Assembly: GCA_023267535.1 (NCBI GenBank) | Contig: JAHFNC010000003.1 | Coordinates: forward strand, 380 to 64,379 | DNA: 64,000 bases | Source of the DNA: a bacterium | GTDB taxonomy: Bacteria; Patescibacteriota; Minisyncoccia; Phycocordibacterales; UBA5272 | Direction: 5' to 3' | In this document: one piece after another, positions 1 to 9,826 of the stretch | Position numbering within the stretch: position 1 is the first letter of the stretch | Layout: each line of letters opens with the position of its first letter | Program-made: the position numbers and the translations under genes | Notes under the pieces: model-generated | The model's input: the letters and a program-made list of their open reading frames with translations, nothing else | What the model was told of the DNA's origin: nothing | Database searches by the model: none

Positions 1-190
1 TCTATAATCAAAAGAAGAAAGAAAATAAATAACTAAAAATGATATGACTATCCAAATGCTTTGCTTAATAAAATGGCTATCCCCTGTCCCGAATGAATTT
101 ATAGTTATGAGACTAGATAAGAAAATAATTGATATAGAAACCAAAATAATCAAATCTAATCTGCTTCCGAAAAGTTTTTTTAAAAACATA

Positions 191-949
191 TTAATTACTG
201 AAGGGGTCCATTATTGGATACACTCTGATAAAAGTTGGAGGAGGGAAAGAATTATGCCATGTAAAAACAATTTGTTTTTGTTCTTCTTTGTCTAATCTAT
301 CAATAATAGTTTCGCCAACAGCTATGGTGTTTCTATTTTCATCAAATAAAACAGCTCGGAAAGGAACATTGTTAAGAACAACTAATTTTGTATTTTGTAT
401 ATTGGCATACAAACGAGAGATGTCCCCTTTTTCAAAATTAGTACCTAAAACTTTAATAGTTGGGTCACTCGGTAATTCGTTGGTCAAATAAAAATTCCCT
501 GAAGATGCGGTAGCTACGACTTGATAAGGAAAATCTTTTAGAGGAACATTTTGAATAATAACTGGGAAATCGGAATTAACAGGAACTACGGTGTTTCCCT
601 TTATTTGGTCTAACATGTTTCCTTTTTTGTTATAGATAGTAAATAAATAATCTGATTTATTAGGAGAGCTATTTAAGTTTTTGTTAGTAAACATTGCCAC
701 TAAATCATAAGTACTAGCTCCAGTTTTTATTGCTCTAGCCCAAGTTACAGAAATTTTATTTATTTGGTTGGTGCATCTTAAAGAACACACTCCTCCACAA
801 TCAATTCCAGTTTCAAATCCGTTTTGCTTTTGATCAAAACAGGTTGGGGACGGGAAAAGAATGTTCCTAGCTTCGTAAACAAATACTGCTGTTAAAAAAA
901 TAAAAAAGGAAACAGCGTAAATTATTTTTCTTTTTGTTGCCCAATTCAT
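191..949 (-). CDS. hypothetical membrane-anchored/secreted Cys-rich protein (252 aa)
   Basis: Intact ORF with an N-terminal hydrophobic segment followed by a CxxC-containing region. No recognisable family. Confidence 0.5.
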   Translation of the reverse strand: MNWATKRKIIYAVSFFIFLTAVFVYEARNILFPSPTCFDQKQNGFETGIDCGGVCSLRCTNQINKISVTWARAIKTGASTYDLVAMFTNKNLNSSPNKSDYLFTIYNKKGNMLDQIKGNTVVPVNSDFPVIIQNVPLKDFPYQVVATASSGNFYLTNELPSDPTIKVLGTNFEKGDISRLYANIQNTKLVVLNNVPFRAVLFDENRNTIAVGETIIDRLDKEEQKQIVFTWHNSFPPPTFIRVYPIMDPFSN

Positions 950-987
950 AAATATAATGATAACATATTTTGCTTTTTGATTTTAGC

Positions 988-1022
988 AAAAACACGCGTA
1001 AACCTTATGTTTACGCGTGTTT
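988..1022. terminator. 15-bp perfect inverted repeat with 5-nt loop (aaaacacgcgtaaac-cttat-gtttacgcgtgtttt), likely bidirectional terminator after the 5S rRNA
   Basis: Perfect palindrome flanked by A and T runs, directly downstream (minus sense) of the 5S rRNA. Confidence 0.55.
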
Positions 1023-1037
1023 TTCTTTAAGTTCTTT

Positions 1038-1150
<113 letters not shown>

Positions 1151-1232
1151 AAAAAACTCAAAATGATTTAGTTTTGCCAAATAGCAAAACAAAATCACTT
1201 CTTGTTTTGTAAACCATTCATTTGAAAATGAA

Positions 1233-1344
1233 TGGTCGGGGTGAAAGGACTCGAACCTCCGACCTCTTGCCCGAAAGCAAGTGCTCTACCCACCCAGCAG
1301 GCCCTCTTTCGATGGACATGACAGATTTTCTGAGCTACACCCCG
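1233..1344 (-). tRNA. tRNA-like gene between 23S and 5S with an apparent ~35-nt insertion (about 112 nt total); anticodon not determinable by eye
   Basis: Minus sense shows a perfect 7-bp acceptor stem (CGGGGTG/CACCCCG), A73-CCA, a canonical T-arm (GGAGG-TTCGAGT-CCTTT) and D-stem halves GCTC…GAGC. The D-stem halves are separated by about 45 nt, and a 6-bp stem with a UUCG loop sits where the anticodon arm should be. Confidence 0.45.
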
Positions 1345-1626
1345 TTTTTTACAAAATTAAATTGAAAACAACACATCTGCCTCGTCTGCCAAATGCAGAC
1401 GGTGATAGGCATGTTTCCTAATAGGAATTCGGGTACTTAGTATGTCTCGGCTTAACACATTGCTATGCTTACACCTAACACCTATCAACGTAATAATCTC
1501 TTACGACCCTTCAACGAATACTAATCTTGAAGTTGGCTTCATTCTTAGATGCTTTCAGAATTTATCCATTCCCGACATAGCTACTGGGCGGTCCAGCTGG
1601 CGCTAGAGCCCACACACCAGAGGTCA

Positions 1627-1657
<31 letters not shown>

Positions 1658-1710
1658 ATCTTCTCAATATTCGAACGCCCGCAGAAGATAGGAAACCAAC
1701 CTGTCTCACG

Positions 1711-2027
1711 CATTGCTGTTTTACATCACTCCTTGGTTTCCAACCTGAGTGAACCTCTATTGCTAGAGGGATCGGACTATAGCATTCACTTATTTTTTAC
1801 TTAAGTGTATCAACGTTTAGTCTCTACGGGCTCTTTTATTTTCATAAATGATTCCCTCGGAATTATCCAATATGGACTTTCCCGATATTAGTCGATTTGT
1901 CTTCACATATCACTATGTGAAGCCGCCGTGATTGATGTCTTTTTGTTAAGTTTAGTCTTAACTCCTCGGGCTCAAACTAAGAGAAGTCAAAGTTACAAAA
2001 TATTTTCATATTATTCTGTAACCTTCA
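1711..2027 (-). other. group I intron in 23S domain V/VI (near E. coli position ~2590), no ORF
   Basis: It interrupts the contiguous conserved sequence GGGTT(T/C)A(G/A)AACGT|CGTGAGACAG. The 5' exon ends in U and the intron ends in G. R-like (AGAGACTAAACG, plus 1813-1823) and S-like (GCTATAGTCCGA, plus 1772-1783) core elements are present in the correct 5'-to-3' order. Confidence 0.6.
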
Positions 2028-2683
2028 CTCCTCTACGGTTTGAACCCAGCTCACGTATCTTTTTAAATGGCGAACAGCCATACCCTTGGTAGCTTCTCCA
2101 CCACCAGGATAAGATGAGCCGACATCGAGGTGCCGAACTGTGCCGTCGATATGAACTCTTAGGCACAACTAGCCTGTTATCCCCAGGGTAGCTTCTATCC
2201 GTTAATCTGCTCCTGCATCTAATGCAAAGAGTAGGTTCACTAGGACCCACTTTCGTGTCTGCTTGACATGTCCGTCTCACAGTCAAGCCAGCTTGTGCCC
2301 TTACACTATCGGCACGGTTTCCATTCGCGCCTAGCTGACCTTAATGTACTCCTCCGTTACTTTTTGGGAGGAAACCGCCCCAGTTAAACTCCCCGTCAGA
2401 TACTGTCTACGAACGTTTTTTCCGTTCATGTTAGCAAATGCCCCATTACAGATGGCTATTTCATTGTCGAGTAGATTACAGCCGAAACCATAAACATCAA
2501 ACCTCTCGCCACTATACTACGCAGTAAAGAAACATTTGCAATACCAAACTAGAGTAAAGCTCCTGGGGTCTTTTCGTCTATCTGCGGGTAACCGGCATCT
2601 TCACCGGTACTGTATTTTCACCGAGCTACTCCCAGAGACAGTTCCCCAGTCGTTACACCTTTCGTGCACGTCTGAACTTACCA

Positions 2684-2731
<48 letters not shown>

Positions 2732-2881
2732 GACGGGGGCTTATATCATCCAGCGCCGAAGCACCGCCGATATTTAACCTTCCCGCATTGGTCAGGTGTC
2801 ACCTCCTATACATCCACTTACGTGTTCGCAGGAAGCTGTGTTTTTGGTAAACAGTCGCTAGGGAAACTTTCGCTGCGGCCT

Positions 2882-3178
2882 CCATCACTTTATTTTCAAA
2901 GCAATGAAATCCATAGAGAATCATTTCCACCACACTGTATTTAATTACTTAAATACATTTTTTGTCCATACATTAGCTCTAATATATGGACTATTTGTCT
3001 CATTTTATTTTCAAATTCTCTAGGACCCTCACTTCACTTTCATAAATGAAGAAAAATGCTTTAGTAACGAGGAGCATAGAATTTTTCTAGGGAAAATGTA
3101 GATGAACTACATTGACCGACGAAAAATTCGTAGCGACAAAGTTAATGAAGTAATTTTGTTTATTTTGAACGCAAAGTG
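2882..3178 (-). other. AT-rich ~300-nt insertion in a variable 23S helix (E. coli ~1715-1745 region) that carries a copy of the dispersed 3'-element
   Basis: Conserved 23S sequence resumes on both sides, with only about 35 nt at this position in E. coli. The internal segment 3093-3165 matches the dispersed-element consensus. Confidence 0.5.
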
Positions 3179-3787
3179 ATGGAGGCAGATCTTATTGCTA
3201 ACTTACGATCGCTTTTTTGCCTAGTTCCTTTGGGAGATATCACTCGTTCGCCTTAGTCTACTCGACTTGAATACCTGTGTCGGTTTGCGGTACGGATTAA
3301 TAGAAATTTAAAGCATCTTCATATACCTAGATGATCTTTGCTTGCGCAAAGTAAAAGGCATATGAAGACGTTCTGTATTCACAGAATGTAGAGACTTTTC
3401 TCGGAGGCGTGCTTTATAAAGTTGAATCAGGTTGCCCATCATCTTCATGCGACACTTGGAATATTCTCGTACGGATTTGCCTATACAAGTTCCTCATGTA
3501 ACAAACGACAATCCAATAAGTCGCTTTATATACTACACCCCGTCATCCCATCACATTTCTACCAAGTTAAGGAATATTAACCTTATGTCCATCGGGTCCG
3601 GCGTTTGCCATCCCCTTAGGCCCGACTAACCCTTCGCTGAAAACCATTGCAAAGGAAACCTTATTCTTTCGGCGTGGGGGTATCTCACCCCCATTGCGGT
3701 TACTTGTGCCAACATTCGTACTTCCACACGCTCCACGGTGGGTTACCCCTTCCGCTTCAACGCAGAGTGGAACACTCTCCTACCGCT

Positions 3788-4171
3788 TGTGAACTTCATA
3801 GAGGAGGTGTATGGTCCTCGTAGTATAGGAATCCGCTCGCTTGTGTACAAAAATAGCGGATATGTCTTCGTTTAGGTTTGTCAGATTTGGAATCCAACAA
3901 TCTCACGCGATGACAGTGACCGGCTCGTTGCTCTAAGCATCGTCCTATATCGCCACAATTAAGTGGCCTACTAACACACACCTGTTGAAACAAGTTAAGA
4001 CGACCAAGCGTCTAAGTTCGCGCATGATATAACTCCGATTAGCGTTATGCCCTCCCCAAGGGACGGCAATACGACACACAGAATCAGTGATCCGCACTTA
4101 TTTTAGCTTTATCGCTTTTACTTGATTCGAGGTCGCATCTTATATTGATGCAATCCTCTATGAAGTTCACA
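3788..4171 (-). other. helix-45-type intervening sequence (about 350 nt) closed by an 18-bp perfect inverted repeat
   Basis: tgtgaacttcatagagga (3788-3805) is the exact reverse complement of 4154-4171. The flanks align to E. coli ~1160 (CCGAAGCTGCGG) and ~1190 (GGTAGGGGAGCG). Confidence 0.6.
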
Positions 4172-4857
4172 AACCCTCAGTTTCGGTGGTAGATTTGAGT
4201 CCCGATTATTTGTGGCGCAGAGTCTCTCGATGGGTGAGCTGTTACGCTTTCTTTCAATGATGGCTGCTTCTAAGCCAACATCCTCATTGTCAATGAAACT
4301 CCACCTCCTCGCTTACACTTAATCTACACTTAGGGACCTTAACTTGAGATCTGGGCTTTTTCCCTTTTGACCGACGGAGCTTCGCCCCCGTAGTCTTACT
4401 GCCGCGTTTTTAACTCTTGGTATTCGGAGTTTGATAGGTCATGCCGTATTTCTACTAGTCAAGACCTTCCAGTGCTCTACCCCCAAGAGGAACACACGAC
4501 GCTAGTCCAAAAACTATTTCGGAGAGAACCAGCTATTACCAGATTCGATTAGCTTTTCACTCCTTACCACAAGTCATCCAAAGGAGTCGTACAACCTAAT
4601 GGTTCGGGCCTCCATTTACCTTTCGGTAAACTTCACCCTGCTCATGGTAAGCTCATCTGGCTTCGGGTCCATAAGTAACGACAATAATTTCGCGCTATTA
4701 ACACTCGCTTTCGCTTTGGCTCCGTGACTTTATACCACTTAGCCTGCCGTTACCTATGACTCGTTGGCTCATTCTTCAATAGGCACGCAGTCGAGGTGTA
4801 AACACCTCTTCTACTCCTTGTAAATATACGGTTTCAGTTCTATTTCACTCCCCTTCC

Positions 4858-4901
<44 letters not shown>

Positions 4902-5812
4902 ACTCTTTAGATATTTAGCCTTGCCGGTTAGTTCCGGCTAATTCATCCGAGCTATTCGTGTCTCGAACTACTCAGGATAAGACATAAAAGAGAGATAAAT
5001 ATTTCGATTACAAGACTATCACTTTCTTTGGTGTTGCTTTCCAACAACTTAATCTATATTTACCTTTTGTAACTCTTCTAGAAATCTACATGTCTTCCCT
5101 ATAACCCCTCACACCAACTTTGCTTTCCAGTATTTTTACTGAACTTCAAAGTTGGTGTGAGGTTTGGGCTGCTCCGCTTTCGCTCGCCGCTACTTACGGA
5201 ATAACTATTGTTTTATTTTCCTCCGGCTACTGAGATGTTTCACTTCGCCGGGTGCGCATCTTGGGATTGCTCCCTAAGATCATACAACATTACTTGTATG
5301 AGGTTTCCCCATTCAGAGATCTCCGGATCGAAGGTTGTTAGGCACCTCCCCGAAGCGTATCGTCGCCTGACCACGTCTTTCATCGCTCTAAAGAACCAAG
5401 GCATCCACCGTATACTCTTAATTTTCCTATTAGGAAACATAACTATCACTTGTTATTTCAAACCGCTTCGAAATAACAATGTATTGTTTTCAATTTAATT
5501 TTTAACATCCATATCAAACTGCACAGACCCCAGGTCGTTAAAACTTCCTGGATAACATTTGGCGCAATTCGTATGGGATTCTATTGTCAAACTACATTCA
5601 TTCTGATTTTTACAAAAACAAAATCCGCCTTTGGCGGACCGAGCAAAACTAAAGTTTCGCGCAGACGCCTAGAGTTTTAGTTTTGTAATAGTTTTTATCA
5701 TTCAGTGAGTTTATCTATCCTATCAAAACGGGTAAATAAAGTCAAGAGAAAAAGAGCTTTTAAATTAAGACTTTTCTGTCTCTTAAAAAGGCCAAAAGAA
5801 AGCATAAGAAAA

Positions 5813-5839
5813 GCGACGCCTACGGCGTCGCTTTTCTAT
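5813..5839. terminator. intrinsic terminator hairpin of the GCGACGCC-TAC-GGCGTCGC family (downstream of the 5869..6531 gene)
   Basis: agaaaagcgacgcc-tac-ggcgtcgcttttct is a perfect palindrome with flanking A and T runs. Confidence 0.7.
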
Positions 5840-5868
5840 AAAAACTAGGGTCAAAAACTAATGACTTT

Positions 5869-6531
5869 CTAGTTCTTCATCTTTTCAATAGCTTTTGCGG
5901 CTGCATCACGTCCACCTAGTCCAAATGAAAGACCTAGTGCTAAAGAGATAGCAAATACAAAGCCAGTAAATAATACTTCTACCAAACCTTGTGCAATCTT
6001 AAGTTGTGACAATGCTGGGAAAACACCGCCTACGATTATTATTGCCCATCTGGTAACTGTGGCTGCAAATGAAGCCTTGATTCCTGTTGCTTTAACAGAG
6101 TGTGCCACAATATTTGAAACAAAATCAGCAAGAAGAGCTGCCATAGCTAAAACGACTGCTGCCACTATAACTTGTGGAATATATTGGAATATATTTGTTA
6201 AAAGAGTTGTGATTTGGCTTAAGTTAAGTATTTCTGCTGATGCTATTGTAAAAGCAATTATAACTAACCACTTAATAAGCCCACCAACAAAACCTGACAA
6301 ACTTAATTTTGTGCCAGCTTTTTCACTTAGTGTTGATAGACCTGCTTTATTTAAAGCATGATCAACTTTTAACATAACAATAAGATGTGAAATAGCACGA
6401 CCCAAAACAGAACCGAAAACCCAGCCGAGAGCAAAGATAACCACTGCAATAATTACATTTGGCAAAAATGAGATTGCCGTCATTGAAGTGTCTACTAATG
6501 CTGTTCCTAAAATATCTATTGGATTGAACAT
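5869..6531 (-). CDS. polytopic membrane protein with repeated 'conserved TM helix'-like segments (220 aa)
   Basis: Several hydrophobic helices with a repeated helix-x-L…G…L pattern. No enzymatic motif. Confidence 0.45.
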   Translation of the reverse strand: MFNPIDILGTALVDTSMTAISFLPNVIIAVVIFALGWVFGSVLGRAISHLIVMLKVDHALNKAGLSTLSEKAGTKLSLSGFVGGLIKWLVIIAFTIASAEILNLSQITTLLTNIFQYIPQVIVAAVVLAMAALLADFVSNIVAHSVKATGIKASFAATVTRWAIIIVGGVFPALSQLKIAQGLVEVLFTGFVFAISLALGLSFGLGGRDAAAKAIEKMKN

Positions 6532-6643
6532 AAAAAAAATATTAATTATTAAATATAAAGTGTATATACACCTTTATATCTTAATATAAAGGTACTTATA
6601 TTATAACAGTAATTTTTCGCTTAATTTTTAAATATCCACTTTT

Positions 6644-7585
6644 ATGGTATATTTTACGAACTTATTGTCTATGACAAAATATAAAGGACACATCTTAATC
6701 GGGCTATTTTTTGGATTAGTAATAGTTATTTCTTCTGGCCTTTATTTCCTTTTCCCAAAGAAAGCCTACAACGCAACAAGAGTGCAAAATAACTTGGTCC
6801 AAAAAGATGAATATCCATATCTAGGAAAACACATATTAATTTCATTGGATAATATGACACTATTATTAAAGAACGGAACAACAACGGAAAAGATTGTAAA
6901 AATTGTTTCAATTGGAAAGCCAGGAAAATATTACGAGACTATTGGTGGAATTTATGAAAATGATTACAAAGAAGAAATGCACTTCAGTTCTATAGGACAT
7001 GTTTTTATGCCGTACAGTGTTCATGTATTTGGAAACTTTTTTATTCACGGAATCCCCTTTTATGAAAGTGGCGAAAAAGTTTCTAGTGAATATAGTGGTG
7101 GCTGTATCCGTATAAACGATGATGATTCAAAATATGTTTTTGATTTTATAGAAAAAGGAACACCGATAATTATTTCTAGCGACGGCTCTCCTTATGCTTT
7201 TACAACTAAAGAAATACTTTCTAGTGAAAATAAAATTAGTGATAATGATATGAGGAGATTTATGGTAGCAATTATTTCTCTTGAATTCTTAAAGCAAGAT
7301 AACACTGTTTTCTATAATAACGCATCAACCACCAACAGAACTTTACTTAATAATCTATTGATTGGAAAAGATGATGGTGTCGCCCAATTTTACGCAAAAA
7401 ATTATAACGAAGAGCTTTTTGTAAAATTTATGAATGAAAAGGCACAAAGCATTGGATTAAAAGACACTGAATTTTATACGCTCCTAGGAGATACAAAGAC
7501 AAATGATGAAGATAAGGCTTTATTTGTAAATTACTTGAAAGAATACAAGGACTACTTATTTGTATATTTAAGCAAACAAAATTAA
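6644..7585 (+). CDS. membrane-anchored L,D-transpeptidase (YkuD domain)
   Basis: N-terminal TM segment; the catalytic motif FFIHGIPFYESGEKVSSEYSGGCIRI matches the H…S.GC[IV]R signature. Confidence 0.6.
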   Translation: MVYFTNLLSMTKYKGHILIGLFFGLVIVISSGLYFLFPKKAYNATRVQNNLVQKDEYPYLGKHILISLDNMTLLLKNGTTTEKIVKIVSIGKPGKYYETIGGIYENDYKEEMHFSSIGHVFMPYSVHVFGNFFIHGIPFYESGEKVSSEYSGGCIRINDDDSKYVFDFIEKGTPIIISSDGSPYAFTTKEILSSENKISDNDMRRFMVAIISLEFLKQDNTVFYNNASTTNRTLLNNLLIGKDDGVAQFYAKNYNEELFVKFMNEKAQSIGLKDTEFYTLLGDTKTNDEDKALFVNYLKEYKDYLFVYLSKQN

Positions 7586-8232
7586 AGTTTAACGACCAAT
7601 CTATCAATAACCTTTTCGTGATACATATCTAAAATATCCCTGACGAACTTGTCATACATTTTGAAACGGTATTCGTATTCTTCTACGTCTAGAATTGAAT
7701 ATACCACCTCTCTTCCAAGTTCAGCTGATAATGTTTCGAATATCTTTTCAGCTTTTGGTTTTTTTATAGCTTCACCAACAATTAAGATATCAACACGGGA
7801 ATCATTGAGACCAACAAATACTCCAGCTACGACAAATAACTTTATGCGACCAATATTTTTAAATCTAGAAGCTAATTCTCTTTTATCAAGTAATTGGAAA
7901 TCAAATAATAAATCTTTCAGAGCTTGATTGTGTGGAAACTCAGCATTTAATTTATAACAAATAGTTTCTTTCACTTTTTGATTCTTTTTCGAAGAGCCGT
8001 TAGTTAGAGTCTTATATTTTTTTCTTTCTATGAAGCCAATTGATGTTAAAGCGCTTAACTCTTTTCTAGCTATAGCACCTTTTACTTTTGTTTTATCGCT
8101 AATCTCGTGAGGAGTCCAAATACCATCATCATGATGAAGAAAGAATCTCATTATCTTTACTCTCTCTTGTCCGCCAAGCAGTTTCGCCAGAAGTTCCATA
8201 TGTTTATATTTTAACAGAAAGATAATAACCAA
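7582..8232 (-). CDS. hypothetical protein, possibly an N-terminal winged-helix regulator (216 aa)
   Basis: The N-terminal ~70 aa are HTH-like; the remainder is uncharacterised. Confidence 0.35.
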   Translation of the reverse strand: MVIIFLLKYKHMELLAKLLGGQERVKIMRFFLHHDDGIWTPHEISDKTKVKGAIARKELSALTSIGFIERKKYKTLTNGSSKKNQKVKETICYKLNAEFPHNQALKDLLFDFQLLDKRELASRFKNIGRIKLFVVAGVFVGLNDSRVDILIVGEAIKKPKAEKIFETLSAELGREVVYSILDVEEYEYRFKMYDKFVRDILDMYHEKVIDRLVVKL

Positions 8233-8354
8233 ATCTAGACTTGACTAAAACCTAGAAAAGTTTCAAGTTCTTGGTTTAAAGACAAAGAAAAAACACCCTG
8301 TTTGGGTGCTTTTTCTTTGCATATAATTAACTTAATATTACTTAAGTTCAACTT

Positions 8355-8492
8355 TTGCACCAGCCGTCGAAGCATAGCTTCTCCATAGGAACCCACGGTT
8401 CCTATCTCTCGCAGGCTCGCTGTGCTCCTCCACGGGAAAATTCCGTTTCCCGACCCCTTCCCGAAGCCGGATCGAAGGTTGAACAATAAAAA
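8355..8492. ncRNA. candidate structured small RNA in a GC-rich island closed by a 7-bp terminal helix; strand undetermined
   Basis: gttcaac…gttgaac closes about 140 nt that contain a 9-bp perfect hairpin (ataggaacc-cac-ggttcctat) and further GC stems. A perfect TATAAT lies at about 8304-8309 on the plus strand, and a terminator follows at 8493-8519. Local GC is far above the surroundings. Confidence 0.3.
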
Positions 8493-8519
8493 ATCCCCTC
8501 TTGGGGATTTTTTATTTAA
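8493..8519. terminator. bidirectional intrinsic terminator (aaaaaatcccc-tctt-ggggatttttt)
   Basis: Perfect hairpin with an A-run and a T-run, lying between rplL and the GC-rich island. Confidence 0.6.
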
Positions 8520-8529
8520 CTCAAGTACT

Positions 8530-8889
8530 TTACTTGAGTTCAACCTTCGCTCCGGCTTCCTCCAACTTTTTCTTCCATTCCTCAGCTTCTGCCTTCTTAA
8601 CATTGGCCTTTAGATCAACAGGAGCTCCGTCTACCATATCCTTTGCTTCCTTAAGACCAAGAGCTAGAACTTCCTTAACTACCTTCATAACAGCAATCTT
8701 TCCTTCACCAGCTGATGCCAAGTGAACTGTGTATTCGCTTTTTCCTTCCTCAACAGCGGCTGCAGCTGGTGCTGCAGAAACTGCTTGAGCGGAAACTCCG
8801 AATCTCTCTTCGATTGCCTTTACCAGTTCGTTTAATTCAAGAACTGACATTCCTTCAATTTTGTTTAATAACTCTGAAAATTTTTCCAT
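8530..8889 (-). CDS. rplL: 50S ribosomal protein L7/L12
   Basis: Typical L12 sequence: [18 protein letters not shown], an Ala-rich hinge, and C-terminal …[11 protein letters not shown]…. Confidence 0.95.
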   Translation of the reverse strand: MEKFSELLNKIEGMSVLELNELVKAIEERFGVSAQAVSAAPAAAAVEEGKSEYTVHLASAGEGKIAVMKVVKEVLALGLKEAKDMVDGAPVDLKANVKKAEAEEWKKKLEEAGAKVELK

Positions 8890-8947
8890 AATGTTGTTTT
8901 AATGTTTTTAATAAATACCTAGATAACTTTAAAAATAAGATATTGCC

Positions 8948-9043
8948 TTAGATGCGAGGCGCAACGAACTTTTGGAAGAAGTCGTACATATAGTACGGCG
9001 ACTGACAAAAGTGAAGTTGCAACAAAGCAGATGAGGCGATATA
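8948..9043 (-). ncRNA. dispersed 3'-UTR structured element, copy B (directly after the rplJ stop)
   Basis: Starts 2 nt after the rplJ TAA. In RNA sense it has the 5' motif CAUCUGCUUUGUUGCAAC, the hairpin GUCGCCGUAC-UAUAU-GUACGAC, and the 3' motif GCGCCUCGCAUCUAA. Confidence 0.6.
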
Positions 9044-9529
9044 TTATTTTTTCTTAGAGACCTCACTTATTGCTATTGCAAAGCGTTGCATTGGAGACTT
9101 AAGAAGATAAGCAATTTGTGAAAGAAGAACTTCACGAGGAGGAATAGTAGCAATTGCTAACATCCCTACCGCGTCTTTAAATTCTCCATCAAAAATTCCA
9201 CCGATAATACCAAAGGTATCCTTGTGGGTTTTTGAAAACTCGTAAGCCATTCTAGCAGGAGCAAGTAAATCGCTTCCATAAACAACGGCGAGTTCTTCAC
9301 CAATAACTGGTGCCTCTCCTTTTACTCCTACTGCATCTGTTGCGCGACTCCAAAGTGTTTTCTTAACAACAGAATATTTTATTCCTTCGTTAAAAAGAGC
9401 TTTACGTAATTCCATAGTATCCGATACCGGAAGTCCTTTGAATTTTACATAAACTGCACTCTTAGAATCTTTTAGCGCCTTTGTATAGTCTGATATAAGA
9501 TCAGCTTTCTTTGAGCGTAATAATGCCAT
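9044..9529 (-). CDS. rplJ: 50S ribosomal protein L10
   Basis: L10 family (161 aa), adjacent to rplL. Confidence 0.9.
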   Translation of the reverse strand: MALLRSKKADLISDYTKALKDSKSAVYVKFKGLPVSDTMELRKALFNEGIKYSVVKKTLWSRATDAVGVKGEAPVIGEELAVVYGSDLLAPARMAYEFSKTHKDTFGIIGGIFDGEFKDAVGMLAIATIPPREVLLSQIAYLLKSPMQRFAIAISEVSKKK

Positions 9530-9700
9530 AAGATTTTTTAAATGAACTAATAATTAACGGATTTTATTCCGACAAACCAGAGTTACCTTATTAGTCTGAA
9601 ATTATCAGACGAGTATGGCCTCCGCAGGAATTTATACGATACTCATATCGAACCTACTTCTTTGGTTTATGAAATAAATACTATCATAGAAATAAAGAAA
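9530..9700 (-). promoter_or_regulatory. candidate rplJ leader (L10-leader-like 5' UTR)
   Basis: A ~170-nt untranslated region upstream of rplJ with moderate GC and stem potential, preceded by two terminators. Confidence 0.25.
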
Positions 9701-9705
9701 CACAA

Positions 9706-9781
9706 AACCGCCCTCTTGCGAAGGCGGTTTTGTGTTTCTTGGCAACGAAAAAACGACACCAAAGGGTGTCGTTTTTTCTAG
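9706..9781. terminator. two tandem intrinsic terminators (aaaaccgccctcttgcgaaggcggtttt; aaaaaacgacaccaaagggtgtcgtttttt)
   Basis: Perfect GC-rich hairpins with T-runs, downstream of the 1040-aa gene. Confidence 0.65.
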
Positions 9782-9826
9782 AATCTAATTTAGACTAGAT
9801 ATTCTTTAAGAATAGTTAGACGCAGA

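Noticed and set aside
44-491. Small plus-strand ORFs 44..295 and 288..491
   Set aside because: They overlap the minus-strand 252-aa gene or the AT-rich edge of the window and have no supporting features.
1290-1420. Expected 5S rRNA directly downstream of the 23S 3' end
   Set aside because: No 5S-like sequence lies between the 23S 3' end and the tRNA-like gene. The 5S is further downstream at 1038-1150, after the tRNA-like gene.
8340-8520. SRP (4.5S) RNA assignment for the GC-rich island; also the 122-aa ORF 8235..8603
   Set aside because: The conserved domain-IV motif (…GGAAGCAGCC… with GNRA loop) is not recognisable by eye. The ORF overlaps the structured region and terminator and has no coding features. 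The region is kept only as a candidate ncRNA.
8948-9043. MITE or IS-like mobile-element interpretation of the dispersed ~105-nt element
   Set aside because: It has no terminal inverted repeats and no target-site duplications. Every copy is oriented with local transcription and starts immediately after a stop codon, and its helices covary. That pattern fits an RNA-level element, not a DNA transposon.
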